Shown one piece after another: positions 9,895 through 18,089 of a stretch of DNA of 53,867 bases; position 1 is the stretch's first letter; every line of letters starts with the position of its first letter. Where the stretch lies: the NCBI GenBank assembly GCA_963813715.1, contig CAWFAK010000001.1, forward strand, positions 1 through 53,867, written 5' to 3'. Below the pieces are notes generated by a model that saw nothing but the letters and a program-made list of their open reading frames with translations, did not search any database and was not told the origin of the DNA. Source of the DNA: an uncultured Planctomycetaceae bacterium (GTDB lineage Bacteria > Planctomycetota > Planctomycetia > Planctomycetales > Planctomycetaceae). The position numbers were made by a program, and so were the translations under genes.

Positions 9895-10872
9895 ATGCCC
9901 AAGCTCGCCCCCCGACCATGGCACTATGCCATGACGGCATCGGCCGCGCTGCACGCGCTGCTGCTCGTGGGCGCCGCGTTGTTTGCCATTCAACTGCGGG
10001 CGTCGGGACCCTCGGCCGACACTCTGGAAGTTGCACTGCCGGCCGCCGAAGCCGGCGAGGTCGCCACGCTGTCGCCGGCACGCCTGATTGAAGTCACGCC
10101 TGCCGGCAGCGACGCCAAGGCCGACGCAGGTCCGCTCGGCACCGGCCAGGGACTGCCCGACGAGCCACCCGGGATTGCTGGCGAGAGCCGCTCGTCGCAG
10201 GTGCGGCTGGCGATAAACGCGCAGCCCTTGGGCTCGCTCTGGTCGAGCGACACGCGGACGCGCGGCGGCTTGACCGACATTGTCGGCGCGGCGATCGGCC
10301 AGAAAGGGCCGGCCACCGACGGCGATTCCAGCGGCGGATCAGGACGTGGGGGCGGCGGACATAAAACCAGTTTCTTCGGGCTCGGCGCTTCGGGGCGGCG
10401 GATTGTGTTCGTCGTCGATGCGTCGGCCAGCATGAATCATCCTTTTGTGGGCGAAGGCCGCACGCGGATCGGCCAGATGAAGATCGAACTTGCCAAGTCG
10501 ATTCTGGGAATGACGGAAGAGCAGCAATTTTTCATTGTCTTTTTCAACGAACACGCGATTCCGATGCCCGCCAACGGAATGGAAAACGCCTATCCTCAAA
10601 ACCAACAGCGCTATTTGAACTGGGTCGTCTCCGTGGAGGCTGCGGGCCTGACTGACCCGCGACCGGCTCTCAACCTGGCCTTGAGCCTGCGGCCGGACGT
10701 CATCTATTTACTCACCGATGGCACGTTTCCCCGCGACGTGCAGGGCGACTTGAATGCCCTGCGGCAAACCGTCGTCGAGCTGAACACAATCGCCATCGGC
10801 GATCCCCGGGCCGAAAAGTCGCTCAAGCCGCTGGCGACGCACAACGGCGGCCGGTTCACCTTCGTGCCGTGA
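9895..10872 (+). CDS. Membrane-anchored von Willebrand factor type A domain protein
   Basis: TM SAALHALLL, Gly-rich linker, MIDAS VFVVDASASM, IYLLTDG. Confidence 0.88.
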   Translation: MPKLAPRPWHYAMTASAALHALLLVGAALFAIQLRASGPSADTLEVALPAAEAGEVATLSPARLIEVTPAGSDAKADAGPLGTGQGLPDEPPGIAGESRSSQVRLAINAQPLGSLWSSDTRTRGGLTDIVGAAIGQKGPATDGDSSGGSGRGGGGHKTSFFGLGASGRRIVFVVDASASMNHPFVGEGRTRIGQMKIELAKSILGMTEEQQFFIVFFNEHAIPMPANGMENAYPQNQQRYLNWVVSVEAAGLTDPRPALNLALSLRPDVIYLLTDGTFPRDVQGDLNALRQTVVELNTIAIGDPRAEKSLKPLATHNGGRFTFVP

Positions 10873-11063
10873 GAGGGTCGGGGCGGGGGCCGGCGATCGA
10901 GGCCGTCCGGCCATTCCCGTCGGCGATCTATCTTGTTAAGGAGGATCCGTCGTGTCGGGAGGAACCGGCAAAAATCGATTGATCCGGCAGTTTCGGGCTT
11001 TTTGGCAGTTTTTGGGCACTTTTTCTGCGTGATATTCTTGGGGTCAGTTGCGCCTGTCGAGGG

Positions 11064-14000
11064 ATGAACACAAACACCTTAGACGACCGGTCGAGCGTAC
11101 GTCGTCGGTCTGTGTCCGAGCCCTCGGCCGTTTCGAATCAAGCGAATATGGAAGCGAATTCGGAGTTATCGCAGCCGCGCAGACGGGGCGGATTGGCCTC
11201 GCCGAGCTTCATCGGCCTGTTGCTGACCCAGTTTCTGGGCACGCTCAACGACAACATGTTTCGTTGGTTCGTCGTGCCGTTGGGGAAGGACGTGATCGGC
11301 TCGGCCCTGGCGTTGTCGCTGGGGCTGTTTTGCTTCACCCTCCCCTACCCGTTGCTGGCGGCGCCGGCCGGCTATCTGGCGGATCGCTTCAGCAAGCGGA
11401 CGGTGATCGTCGGCTGCAAGATTGCCGAAGTCGTGCTGATGATCCTCGGGGTCTTGGCCGTCCTGGTCGGCAGCATTCACCTGCTGTTCGTCGTGGTGAT
11501 GCTGATGGGGGCTCAGGCCGCGCTCTTTGCACCCTCGAAATACGGCTCGATCGCCGAAATCCTGCGGCCGGAGAAACTGACAAAAGGGAACGGCTTGATG
11601 GGCCTGGTGACCATCGTGTCGTCCGCGGTGGGCTTCGTCGCCGGCAATGGGCTCTTCGTGCAGATGCAGAAGCTGTTCGACGGGAACACGCCGATTTTGA
11701 CGGCGGGGCCGACCTTGAGCTCGGTCGCCGGCGCAGCGACGGCGTTCATCAGCGTGGCACTGTTGGGGCTGGGAGCGAGCCTGATGATTCGCCCGCTGCC
11801 GATTGCCGACCGCGCCCGCCGCTTCCCGAAACGGATTGTCACCGGGACGCTCGCCGAACTGCGATTGCTCGCCCGCGATCGGACATTGTTCCGCACCGCG
11901 CTCGGCATCGCCTTTTTCTGGTTCCTGGCGTCGCTGGCTCAGATGAACATCGACTCGTATGGGACGAAGGTCCTGGCGGTCGGGCAGGAAAACATCGGCC
12001 CGCTGTTGGCGATGCTGGTCGTCGGCGTCGGCGTGGGAAGCGTGCTGGCCGGTCTCTGGTCGGGTGACAAAGTCGAGCTGGGGATCGTGCCGCTGGGAGC
12101 GGCCGGCATCTGCGTCAGCGCATTCTTGCTCTACCTCACCGGCCACTCGCTCACCGGGAACCCGGCGGTCGAGGCGACGGCGGCGGCCACCCACCGGGCC
12201 TTTGTCTGGTCGTGCGTGTGGCTGACCGTGCTGGGCGTTTCGGCTGGCCTGTTCGACATCCCGCTCGAAAGCTACCTGCAGCAGCGCAGCGAAGTGAAGA
12301 CGCGCGGCACGATTCTGGCTGCCGCCAACTTCATCGCTTACAGCTTCATGCTCGTGGCGGCCGGCCTGTTTTGGCTGATGCAGGCGAAGCTGGACTGGTC
12401 GGCCGCGACGATCTTTCTGGTCGCCGGTCTGGGCACCGTCCCCGTTGCCATTTACGTCGTTTGCCTGATCCCACAGGCCACCGTCCGCTGCATCGTCTGG
12501 ATTCTGAGCAAGCTCTTCTACCGGCTGCACGTGCGCGGCCTGAAGAATCTGCCGGAGCGCGGCGGCGCGCTCCTGGTCGCCAATCACGTTTCGTGGCTGG
12601 ACGGTGTGTTGCTGCTGCTCGTGTCGAATCGTCCCATCCGGATGATCGCCTGGTCCGATTATGTTTCGGGCTGGTGGATCAATTGGCTGACGCGGATGTG
12701 GAACGTGATTCCCATCCGTGGCACCGACGGCCCCAAGGCGCTGCTCCGCTCGCTCCAGTCGGCGACGGAAGCCCTGAAGGAAGGCGATCTGGTTTGCATT
12801 TTCGCCGAGGGGGGCATCACGCGTACCGGCCAATTGCAGCCGTTTCAGCGCGGTTTATTGCGAATTGTCGAGGGGACCGACTGCCCGGTGATCCCGGTGT
12901 ATCTGGACGGGCTTTGGGGTAGTATCTTCAGTTACAGCGACGGGAAATTTCTCTGGAAGAGACCCCGTCACTGGCCCTACCCCGTCTCCATCCTGTTTGG
13001 CAAACCGCTCGCCGATCCCGACGACGTCAACCAAGTGCGACAAGCCGTGCAGACCCTGGGAGTCGAAGCCGTGGAGGCAAGGAAAGACCGCATTCTGGTC
13101 CCGCAACGCCAGGCCATTCGCCGACTCAAACGCAGCCGCTTCCGTTTCAAAGTGGCCGACTCCAGCGGGCCGGCGGCCGACCTGACGGCAGGCAAGCTGC
13201 TGACGGCCGGACTCGTGCTGCGCAAGCTCATTTCGCGAGTGATCGGGCCTGACGAAAAGATGGTCGGCATCCTGCTGCCGCCGGCGGTGGGCAGCGTCGC
13301 CACGAACCTGGCCGTCTCGTTGATGCCGCGCGTGGCGGTCAACTTGAACTACACGCTCTCGAACCCGGACGTCAATCACTGCATTCGCGAAGCCGGCATC
13401 AAGCATGTGCTGACGAGTGCCCGTTTCCTGGAGAAGCGCCCCTTCGACCTCGACGCCAAAGTGGTGCTGCTCGAAGACCTCCGCAAAGAGGCCACCGGTC
13501 TCGACAAGCTGGTTGCCGCCTTTCAGGCGTTCGTCCTGCCTGCCTTCATTCTCGAACGGATGCTGGGGATGCAGCACATCAAGCCCAACGACTTGATGAC
13601 GGTGATCTTCACCTCTGGCTCGACCGGCGAGCCCAAGGGCGTGATGCAGACGCACATGAACATCGCCACCAACCTCGACTCGGCCAATGAGCTGTTGCGA
13701 TTCAACAGCGAAGACGTGCTGATGGGCGTGCTCCCCTTCTTCCACTCCTTCGGCTACACATTTCCGCTGTGGCTGATTGCCTCGGGCGAGCCGTCCGCCG
13801 TTTATCATTTCAACCCGGTCGAGGCGAAAGTCATCGGCAAGCTGTGCGACAAGTACGGGGTGACGATCATCGCCGCCACGCCGACCTTCATCAAACGCTA
13901 CGCCAAGCGCTGCGAGAAGGAACAATTCCGCACGGTCAACCTGGTGATCACCGGGGCCGAAAAGCTGCCGCAGGATCTGGCGAAGGAATTCGAGGACAAG

Positions 14001-14720
14001 TTCGGCATCTTCCCCACCGAGGGTTACGGCACGACCGAGTTGTCGCCGCTGGCCGCCTGCAACGTGCCCAAGAGCCGCGCCGCATGCGGAACCGACGAGG
14101 CGGAGCGCAAAGGGACCATCGGCCGCGCGATTCCCCACGTCGCCGCCAAGATCGTCGATCCGGAAACGGGCGCCGACCTGGGCCTCAATCAGGACGGCCT
14201 GTTGTGGATCAAGGGGCCCAACGTGATGGCCGGCTATCTCAACAAGCCCGAGAAGACGGCCGAAGTGATTCACGACGGGTGGTACAACACGGGCGACATC
14301 GGCAAGATCGACAACGACGGCTTCATCCACATCACGGGCCGGCAGAGCCGCTTCTCTAAAATCGCCGGCGAAATGGTGCCGCACATCCGCATCGAGGAGC
14401 TGTTAGAGAAGATCGTCGAAGACCCCAGCGACGAAGAGGGCGAAGGCGAAGCCCGCATCGCGGTGACGGCAGTTCCCGATCCCGACAAGGGCGAGCGGAT
14501 CATCGTGTTGCACAAGCGACTGTCGAAGCCGGTCGACGAAGTGCTCAAGCAACTCGGCGAAGCCGACATCCCCAACCTCTGGCTCCCGTCGGCCGACAGC
14601 TTCATCGAAGTCCCCGAGATTCCGATCCTGGGCACGGGCAAGCTCGATTTGAAGGCGGTCAAAGAGCTGGCGTTGGCGAAGACGGCCAAGTGCGCCCCGG
14701 CGCAGCCGGCGGCTCATTGA
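11064..14720 (+). CDS. aas: Fused lysophospholipid MFS transporter / acyltransferase / acyl-ACP synthetase (LplT-Aas)
   Basis: TQFLGTLNDN and AGYLADRFSKR (LplT), ANHVSWLD and IFAEGGITRTG (PlsC), IFTSGSTGEPKGV, EGYGTTE, WYNTGD, GTGKLD (AMP-binding). Confidence 0.95.
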   Translation: MNTNTLDDRSSVRRRSVSEPSAVSNQANMEANSELSQPRRRGGLASPSFIGLLLTQFLGTLNDNMFRWFVVPLGKDVIGSALALSLGLFCFTLPYPLLAAPAGYLADRFSKRTVIVGCKIAEVVLMILGVLAVLVGSIHLLFVVVMLMGAQAALFAPSKYGSIAEILRPEKLTKGNGLMGLVTIVSSAVGFVAGNGLFVQMQKLFDGNTPILTAGPTLSSVAGAATAFISVALLGLGASLMIRPLPIADRARRFPKRIVTGTLAELRLLARDRTLFRTALGIAFFWFLASLAQMNIDSYGTKVLAVGQENIGPLLAMLVVGVGVGSVLAGLWSGDKVELGIVPLGAAGICVSAFLLYLTGHSLTGNPAVEATAAATHRAFVWSCVWLTVLGVSAGLFDIPLESYLQQRSEVKTRGTILAAANFIAYSFMLVAAGLFWLMQAKLDWSAATIFLVAGLGTVPVAIYVVCLIPQATVRCIVWILSKLFYRLHVRGLKNLPERGGALLVANHVSWLDGVLLLLVSNRPIRMIAWSDYVSGWWINWLTRMWNVIPIRGTDGPKALLRSLQSATEALKEGDLVCIFAEGGITRTGQLQPFQRGLLRIVEGTDCPVIPVYLDGLWGSIFSYSDGKFLWKRPRHWPYPVSILFGKPLADPDDVNQVRQAVQTLGVEAVEARKDRILVPQRQAIRRLKRSRFRFKVADSSGPAADLTAGKLLTAGLVLRKLISRVIGPDEKMVGILLPPAVGSVATNLAVSLMPRVAVNLNYTLSNPDVNHCIREAGIKHVLTSARFLEKRPFDLDAKVVLLEDLRKEATGLDKLVAAFQAFVLPAFILERMLGMQHIKPNDLMTVIFTSGSTGEPKGVMQTHMNIATNLDSANELLRFNSEDVLMGVLPFFHSFGYTFPLWLIASGEPSAVYHFNPVEAKVIGKLCDKYGVTIIAATPTFIKRYAKRCEKEQFRTVNLVITGAEKLPQDLAKEFEDKFGIFPTEGYGTTELSPLAACNVPKSRAACGTDEAERKGTIGRAIPHVAAKIVDPETGADLGLNQDGLLWIKGPNVMAGYLNKPEKTAEVIHDGWYNTGDIGKIDNDGFIHITGRQSRFSKIAGEMVPHIRIEELLEKIVEDPSDEEGEGEARIAVTAVPDPDKGERIIVLHKRLSKPVDEVLKQLGEADIPNLWLPSADSFIEVPEIPILGTGKLDLKAVKELALAKTAKCAPAQPAAH

Positions 14721-14810
14721 GTGCTTCAATCGCGCGAGCACCTCAAACTTGTGCCCGCCCTTTATGGAACCAGTCGCTCGTAAGCTCAGTCGTTGTCCGG
14801 ACCCATCGGC

Positions 14811-15593
14811 CTAACGCCCGCTCTTTGGCGGGCGCCCGTGGCGTCGCGGGCCGGCGCGTGATGGCCAAGGACACTCGAGCAAGGCTGTCAGCGCGTCGTG
14901 CAGTTTGATGCCAGTCAAAAGCGTATTGTTTGACCGTCGAATAAAGACGTACTCGAAGAATTCGGGGATGTAGATTCGCCACTGAGGCATATGGGGCGGA
15001 CGCTGTCCGTGGAGAGCACGCACCTGCCTGTCCAGTTCGCGGCCCGAAGGCGTAACCTCGGCCCAGCCTCCATCGTGACGACGATGCTGCTCCACCAAGG
15101 CGAGTGGTTCGACGTTTCTTGTGTGGTCGATTGCAACAAGCTGAAGCCGGTTCGGTGGCACAACTCTTCCGAATTCGTGAAATAGCAAGCCGGTCGCCGT
15201 TTTGGCCAAGATACGCGAAACGATCTCAGCCACGGTGCCGTCCGGGTAAAAGATACCATCCTTCCCGAGTCGCTTGGCTATGAAGTCGTGGAGCGCCCGA
15301 TCAGAAACCATCGCGGTATTGACCCAACCGCCGGGAGCGACCGCATCGCGATCGCTCAGTAAGAACGATACGGTACAAACAATGGCGGCGAGTCGCATCT
15401 CGTCGACGGCGTACCCTGCGTTGCAGGCACAGCAGGCTGGAATCGTCATCGCCTGAAGATCGTTGGGAAGGTGCTTCGGGAGCAAGCATCGGGGCGGCGT
15501 ATGGTCAGATGTGTCCGCGACGCCCCCGCAGTAGCTGCACGTGGGCTTCCCAGAAAGTGCTTGAGTCGGAAACCACTTCCGCCCGTCCATCAT
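14811..15593 (-). CDS. Zinc-binding HNH-like protein, paralog 1
   Basis: CSYC...DHTPPRCLL...IPACCACN (CxxC-DH-CxxCN pattern of HNH-type nucleases) plus an unknown C-terminal domain. Confidence 0.7.
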   Translation of the reverse strand: MMDGRKWFPTQALSGKPTCSYCGGVADTSDHTPPRCLLPKHLPNDLQAMTIPACCACNAGYAVDEMRLAAIVCTVSFLLSDRDAVAPGGWVNTAMVSDRALHDFIAKRLGKDGIFYPDGTVAEIVSRILAKTATGLLFHEFGRVVPPNRLQLVAIDHTRNVEPLALVEQHRRHDGGWAEVTPSGRELDRQVRALHGQRPPHMPQWRIYIPEFFEYVFIRRSNNTLLTGIKLHDALTALLECPWPSRAGPRRHGRPPKSGR

Positions 15594-15736
15594 CGGATTT
15601 TAGCTAATATGGCGGCGATGGGCCGCCAAGTTGATTTGCGTTGGCCGCATTTGGCTCTTTGTTGAACCATTTGGCGGTTTACATTGTCCTCGCATAGGCG
15701 GGAACGAGTTGAAAGCCATGTAAGGAAGTGCGTTCA

Positions 15737-16580
15737 ATGCGAACGCGATCAGGCCAAAAGACACCGCGGCTTCCCCGGCGCGATCGATGCGTGTACTGCG
15801 CTGCCAAGGCTGACACCAAAGACCATGCGCCCCCCCGATGCCTATTAAGGGCGCCGATGCCGTCCAACTTGCTGACGCTCCCTGCCTGCAGAAAGTGTAA
15901 CTCGGGATTTTCGTTCGACGAAAATGTTGCGAAATCGCTCGTCGCTCTGGTGGGTGCACATCCCGAATTAGCGAAACAGCGAGCGCCAGGCGGGAGCGTC
16001 TATCGGGCGTTGGCCCGTGATACGCGGCTTCGCGGCGTCATCGATAGTGCACGGAGGGACGACGGGAACTACGAATTTGGAGGCCAATTAGCCGTAAGTT
16101 TCGAAAGAGTGATGCGAAAAACGGTTCAAGGGCTGTTTTTCGGCCTTTACGAACGATTCGTTTCCGCGTCAGAAGTGAGCCCGCTGTTCCTTGTCGATCA
16201 GCGATTAATCAGCGCGGACGCCGTTGTTGATTGGGTGCGACCGTCTCCCCTGCGTGACATCACCGATGAACCGCTTCCGGCAATAACTCCGTCCAGCTGG
16301 CCCGTTCGTGGCCGATTTTCAGCATTACTATGGGCCCCACGGACGGCGATAAGCCTGTGGAACGACTATTTAGGCTGGTTCGGGACACACCCGTCGAATG
16401 GGTGGAATTCCAGCCGGGTATTTTTCGCTGTGCACTCGTGAAAAGCGAAGACGGTGCGCGGCATGTGTATTAGACCTGTGGAAGACTCTTGTCGTAACGG
16501 TAGCGGCTCCTTGGCCCGACAAACGAGGGCCGCTACGCCGGGGCAGGAAGAATCAAATGTCTCGTGATCGACAACGATAA
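15737..16580 (+). CDS. Zinc-binding HNH-like protein, paralog 2 (indels near 16310 and 16455)
   Basis: RBS taaggaag before ATG 15737; CVYC...DHAPPRCLL...LPACRKCN; reconstructed C-terminus EWVEFQPGIFR...APWPDKRGPLRRGR matches paralog 1. Confidence 0.7.
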
Positions 16581-16596
16581 TCGAGGCAGGATTGGA

Positions 16597-17427
16597 ATGG
16601 CTAATCGCTCATTTGATTTGGTCGATTTGAAAGTGGCCGAGGCGGAATTCTTCTTGAAAAGGCTCAGACGGACACGCCGCGATTTTTTTGCGGTCCAGTG
16701 CCATTTCAGCGCGTTTGTCTCCGCTGCTCGGTCCGTGACGTACTCGCTCCAAGCTGTTTTGAGCGATCGACCCGGATTCAAAGAGTGGTACGAATCTCAC
16801 CAAACCGCTATCGAGGGATGAGCTGGCGCGTTTTTTCAACGAAGCGCGGCGCATTGGTCATCATGTGGGTGAGACGCCTGTTCGTCGCGGCTTTGCAGGG
16901 GCAGACGGAAGTTGTCTCTACTTCTTTGCGCCATGCCCCGATTTTCCCGCGGTCCCGACGGCAGACGTCGTTTCTTCATGCCTACATTACATGAAGGTTA
17001 TCGTCGGAATCGTCTTCAACTGCTACGAGGTGTTCGGCGAGTTCATCGACCCCGAGCAGTACTACTCCAAGGAGGCGTTCACAAAGCGCGGCAAAACAAT
17101 CGAGGACGCGTACGCCGAAGTTTATGCGAACTTCTGCGGCCCAACCGATGGCCCGCCGATGTCCATTCGGTTCACGCAGTGCCGGAGGAGTACCAATGGC
17201 AAATGATTCGAGACAGCATGCCGGGCTGCCGGATCGACGACCTTTTCTACAAATATCTCCGTCGCGACCGGCCGGCGCGACCTCGGCTCCCGCCTCCTCC
17301 GCCCGAATCCATTCAACTGCCTGAAGGCTGGACTCGAAAGGATGGTTGGCTGCTCCCGCCTGGACACGACAATATCGAATCCTATCTGAACGGGCTGCAG
17401 GCTGGGACTGCGCCCAGCAACTGGTAG
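16597..17427 (+). CDS. Hypothetical helical protein with Rx4H motif, possible HEPN-like RNase (indels near 16815 and 17135)
   Basis: Reconstructed MANRSFDLVDLKVAEAEFFL...FSAFVSAARSVTYSLQ...GFKEWY...DELARFFNEARRIGHH...; starts 16 nt after paralog 2. Confidence 0.55.
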
Positions 17428-17445
17428 GATGTCGCGTGAGTTGCT

Positions 17446-17562
17446 TTTATCCAAGTTCCTAAGATGCCCCATCCAGGGCACGAGCAGGTCGACCTGAAGG
17501 CGATCTAGGAACTGGCTCTGGCGAAGACGGAAAATGCGCCCAACCCCGGCCTCAAACACTGA
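17446..17562 (+). pseudogene. Decayed copy of the aas 3' end
   Basis: Reads FIQVPKMP/IQGTSR/DLKAI*ELALAKTENAP vs aas FIEVPEIPILGTGKLDLKAVKELALAKTAKCAP (14601 onward); shares tggcgaagacgg exactly. Confidence 0.8.
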
Positions 17563-17969
17563 TTTCGGCTATAAACAGCCCGGCGACGGCGGACGAGCGT
17601 CTGCACGCTGCGGCCGAGCCACGTTGCGGGCCAGGCCGCCAGCAGGCCGACGACGAGGGCGAACGCGATCTCGATGGGGAAGAGATTGTGCGTGGTCGGA
17701 TCCTTTGCTGTATCGATCAGCACGCGAATCAGGATGGTCGTCGGAAAGGCCAGGTTGAGCACGATTCCGATCGCGCGGGTGTTGATTTCGGTCGCCAGCG
17801 CCAAAACGAACCCTGTGGCCGCGATCACGCCAAGCACGATCAACGACCGCGGTCCACTCTCAAGGTACGCCTGGTAAGAGCCTGCCCACTCGACGCAACC
17901 GCCGACGAGCACGCAGAAAACGAATGCTCCGGCCAGCGCCGCCGCGCGATCGCCCTTTGGTGTCATCAT
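17505..17969 (-). CDS. Small four-TM membrane protein
   Basis: RBS gaggtg before ATG 17969; hydrophobic segments and a DPTTHNLFPIEI loop motif; its 3' end overlaps the aas remnant antisense. Confidence 0.7.
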   Translation of the reverse strand: MMTPKGDRAAALAGAFVFCVLVGGCVEWAGSYQAYLESGPRSLIVLGVIAATGFVLALATEINTRAIGIVLNLAFPTTILIRVLIDTAKDPTTHNLFPIEIAFALVVGLLAAWPATWLGRSVQTLVRRRRAVYSRNQCLRPGLGAFSVFARASS

Positions 17970-18089
17970 TTGGCCACCTCCCCAGCGGACGGACGCGTTT
18001 CGCAGTCGCGGCCGTCTTCCGTTCACGTAAAGAAAGGTGGAAGCACGCCGCGTGCCAGAACGAGCGGTCGACAGAGTCCCCTCTTCGGG

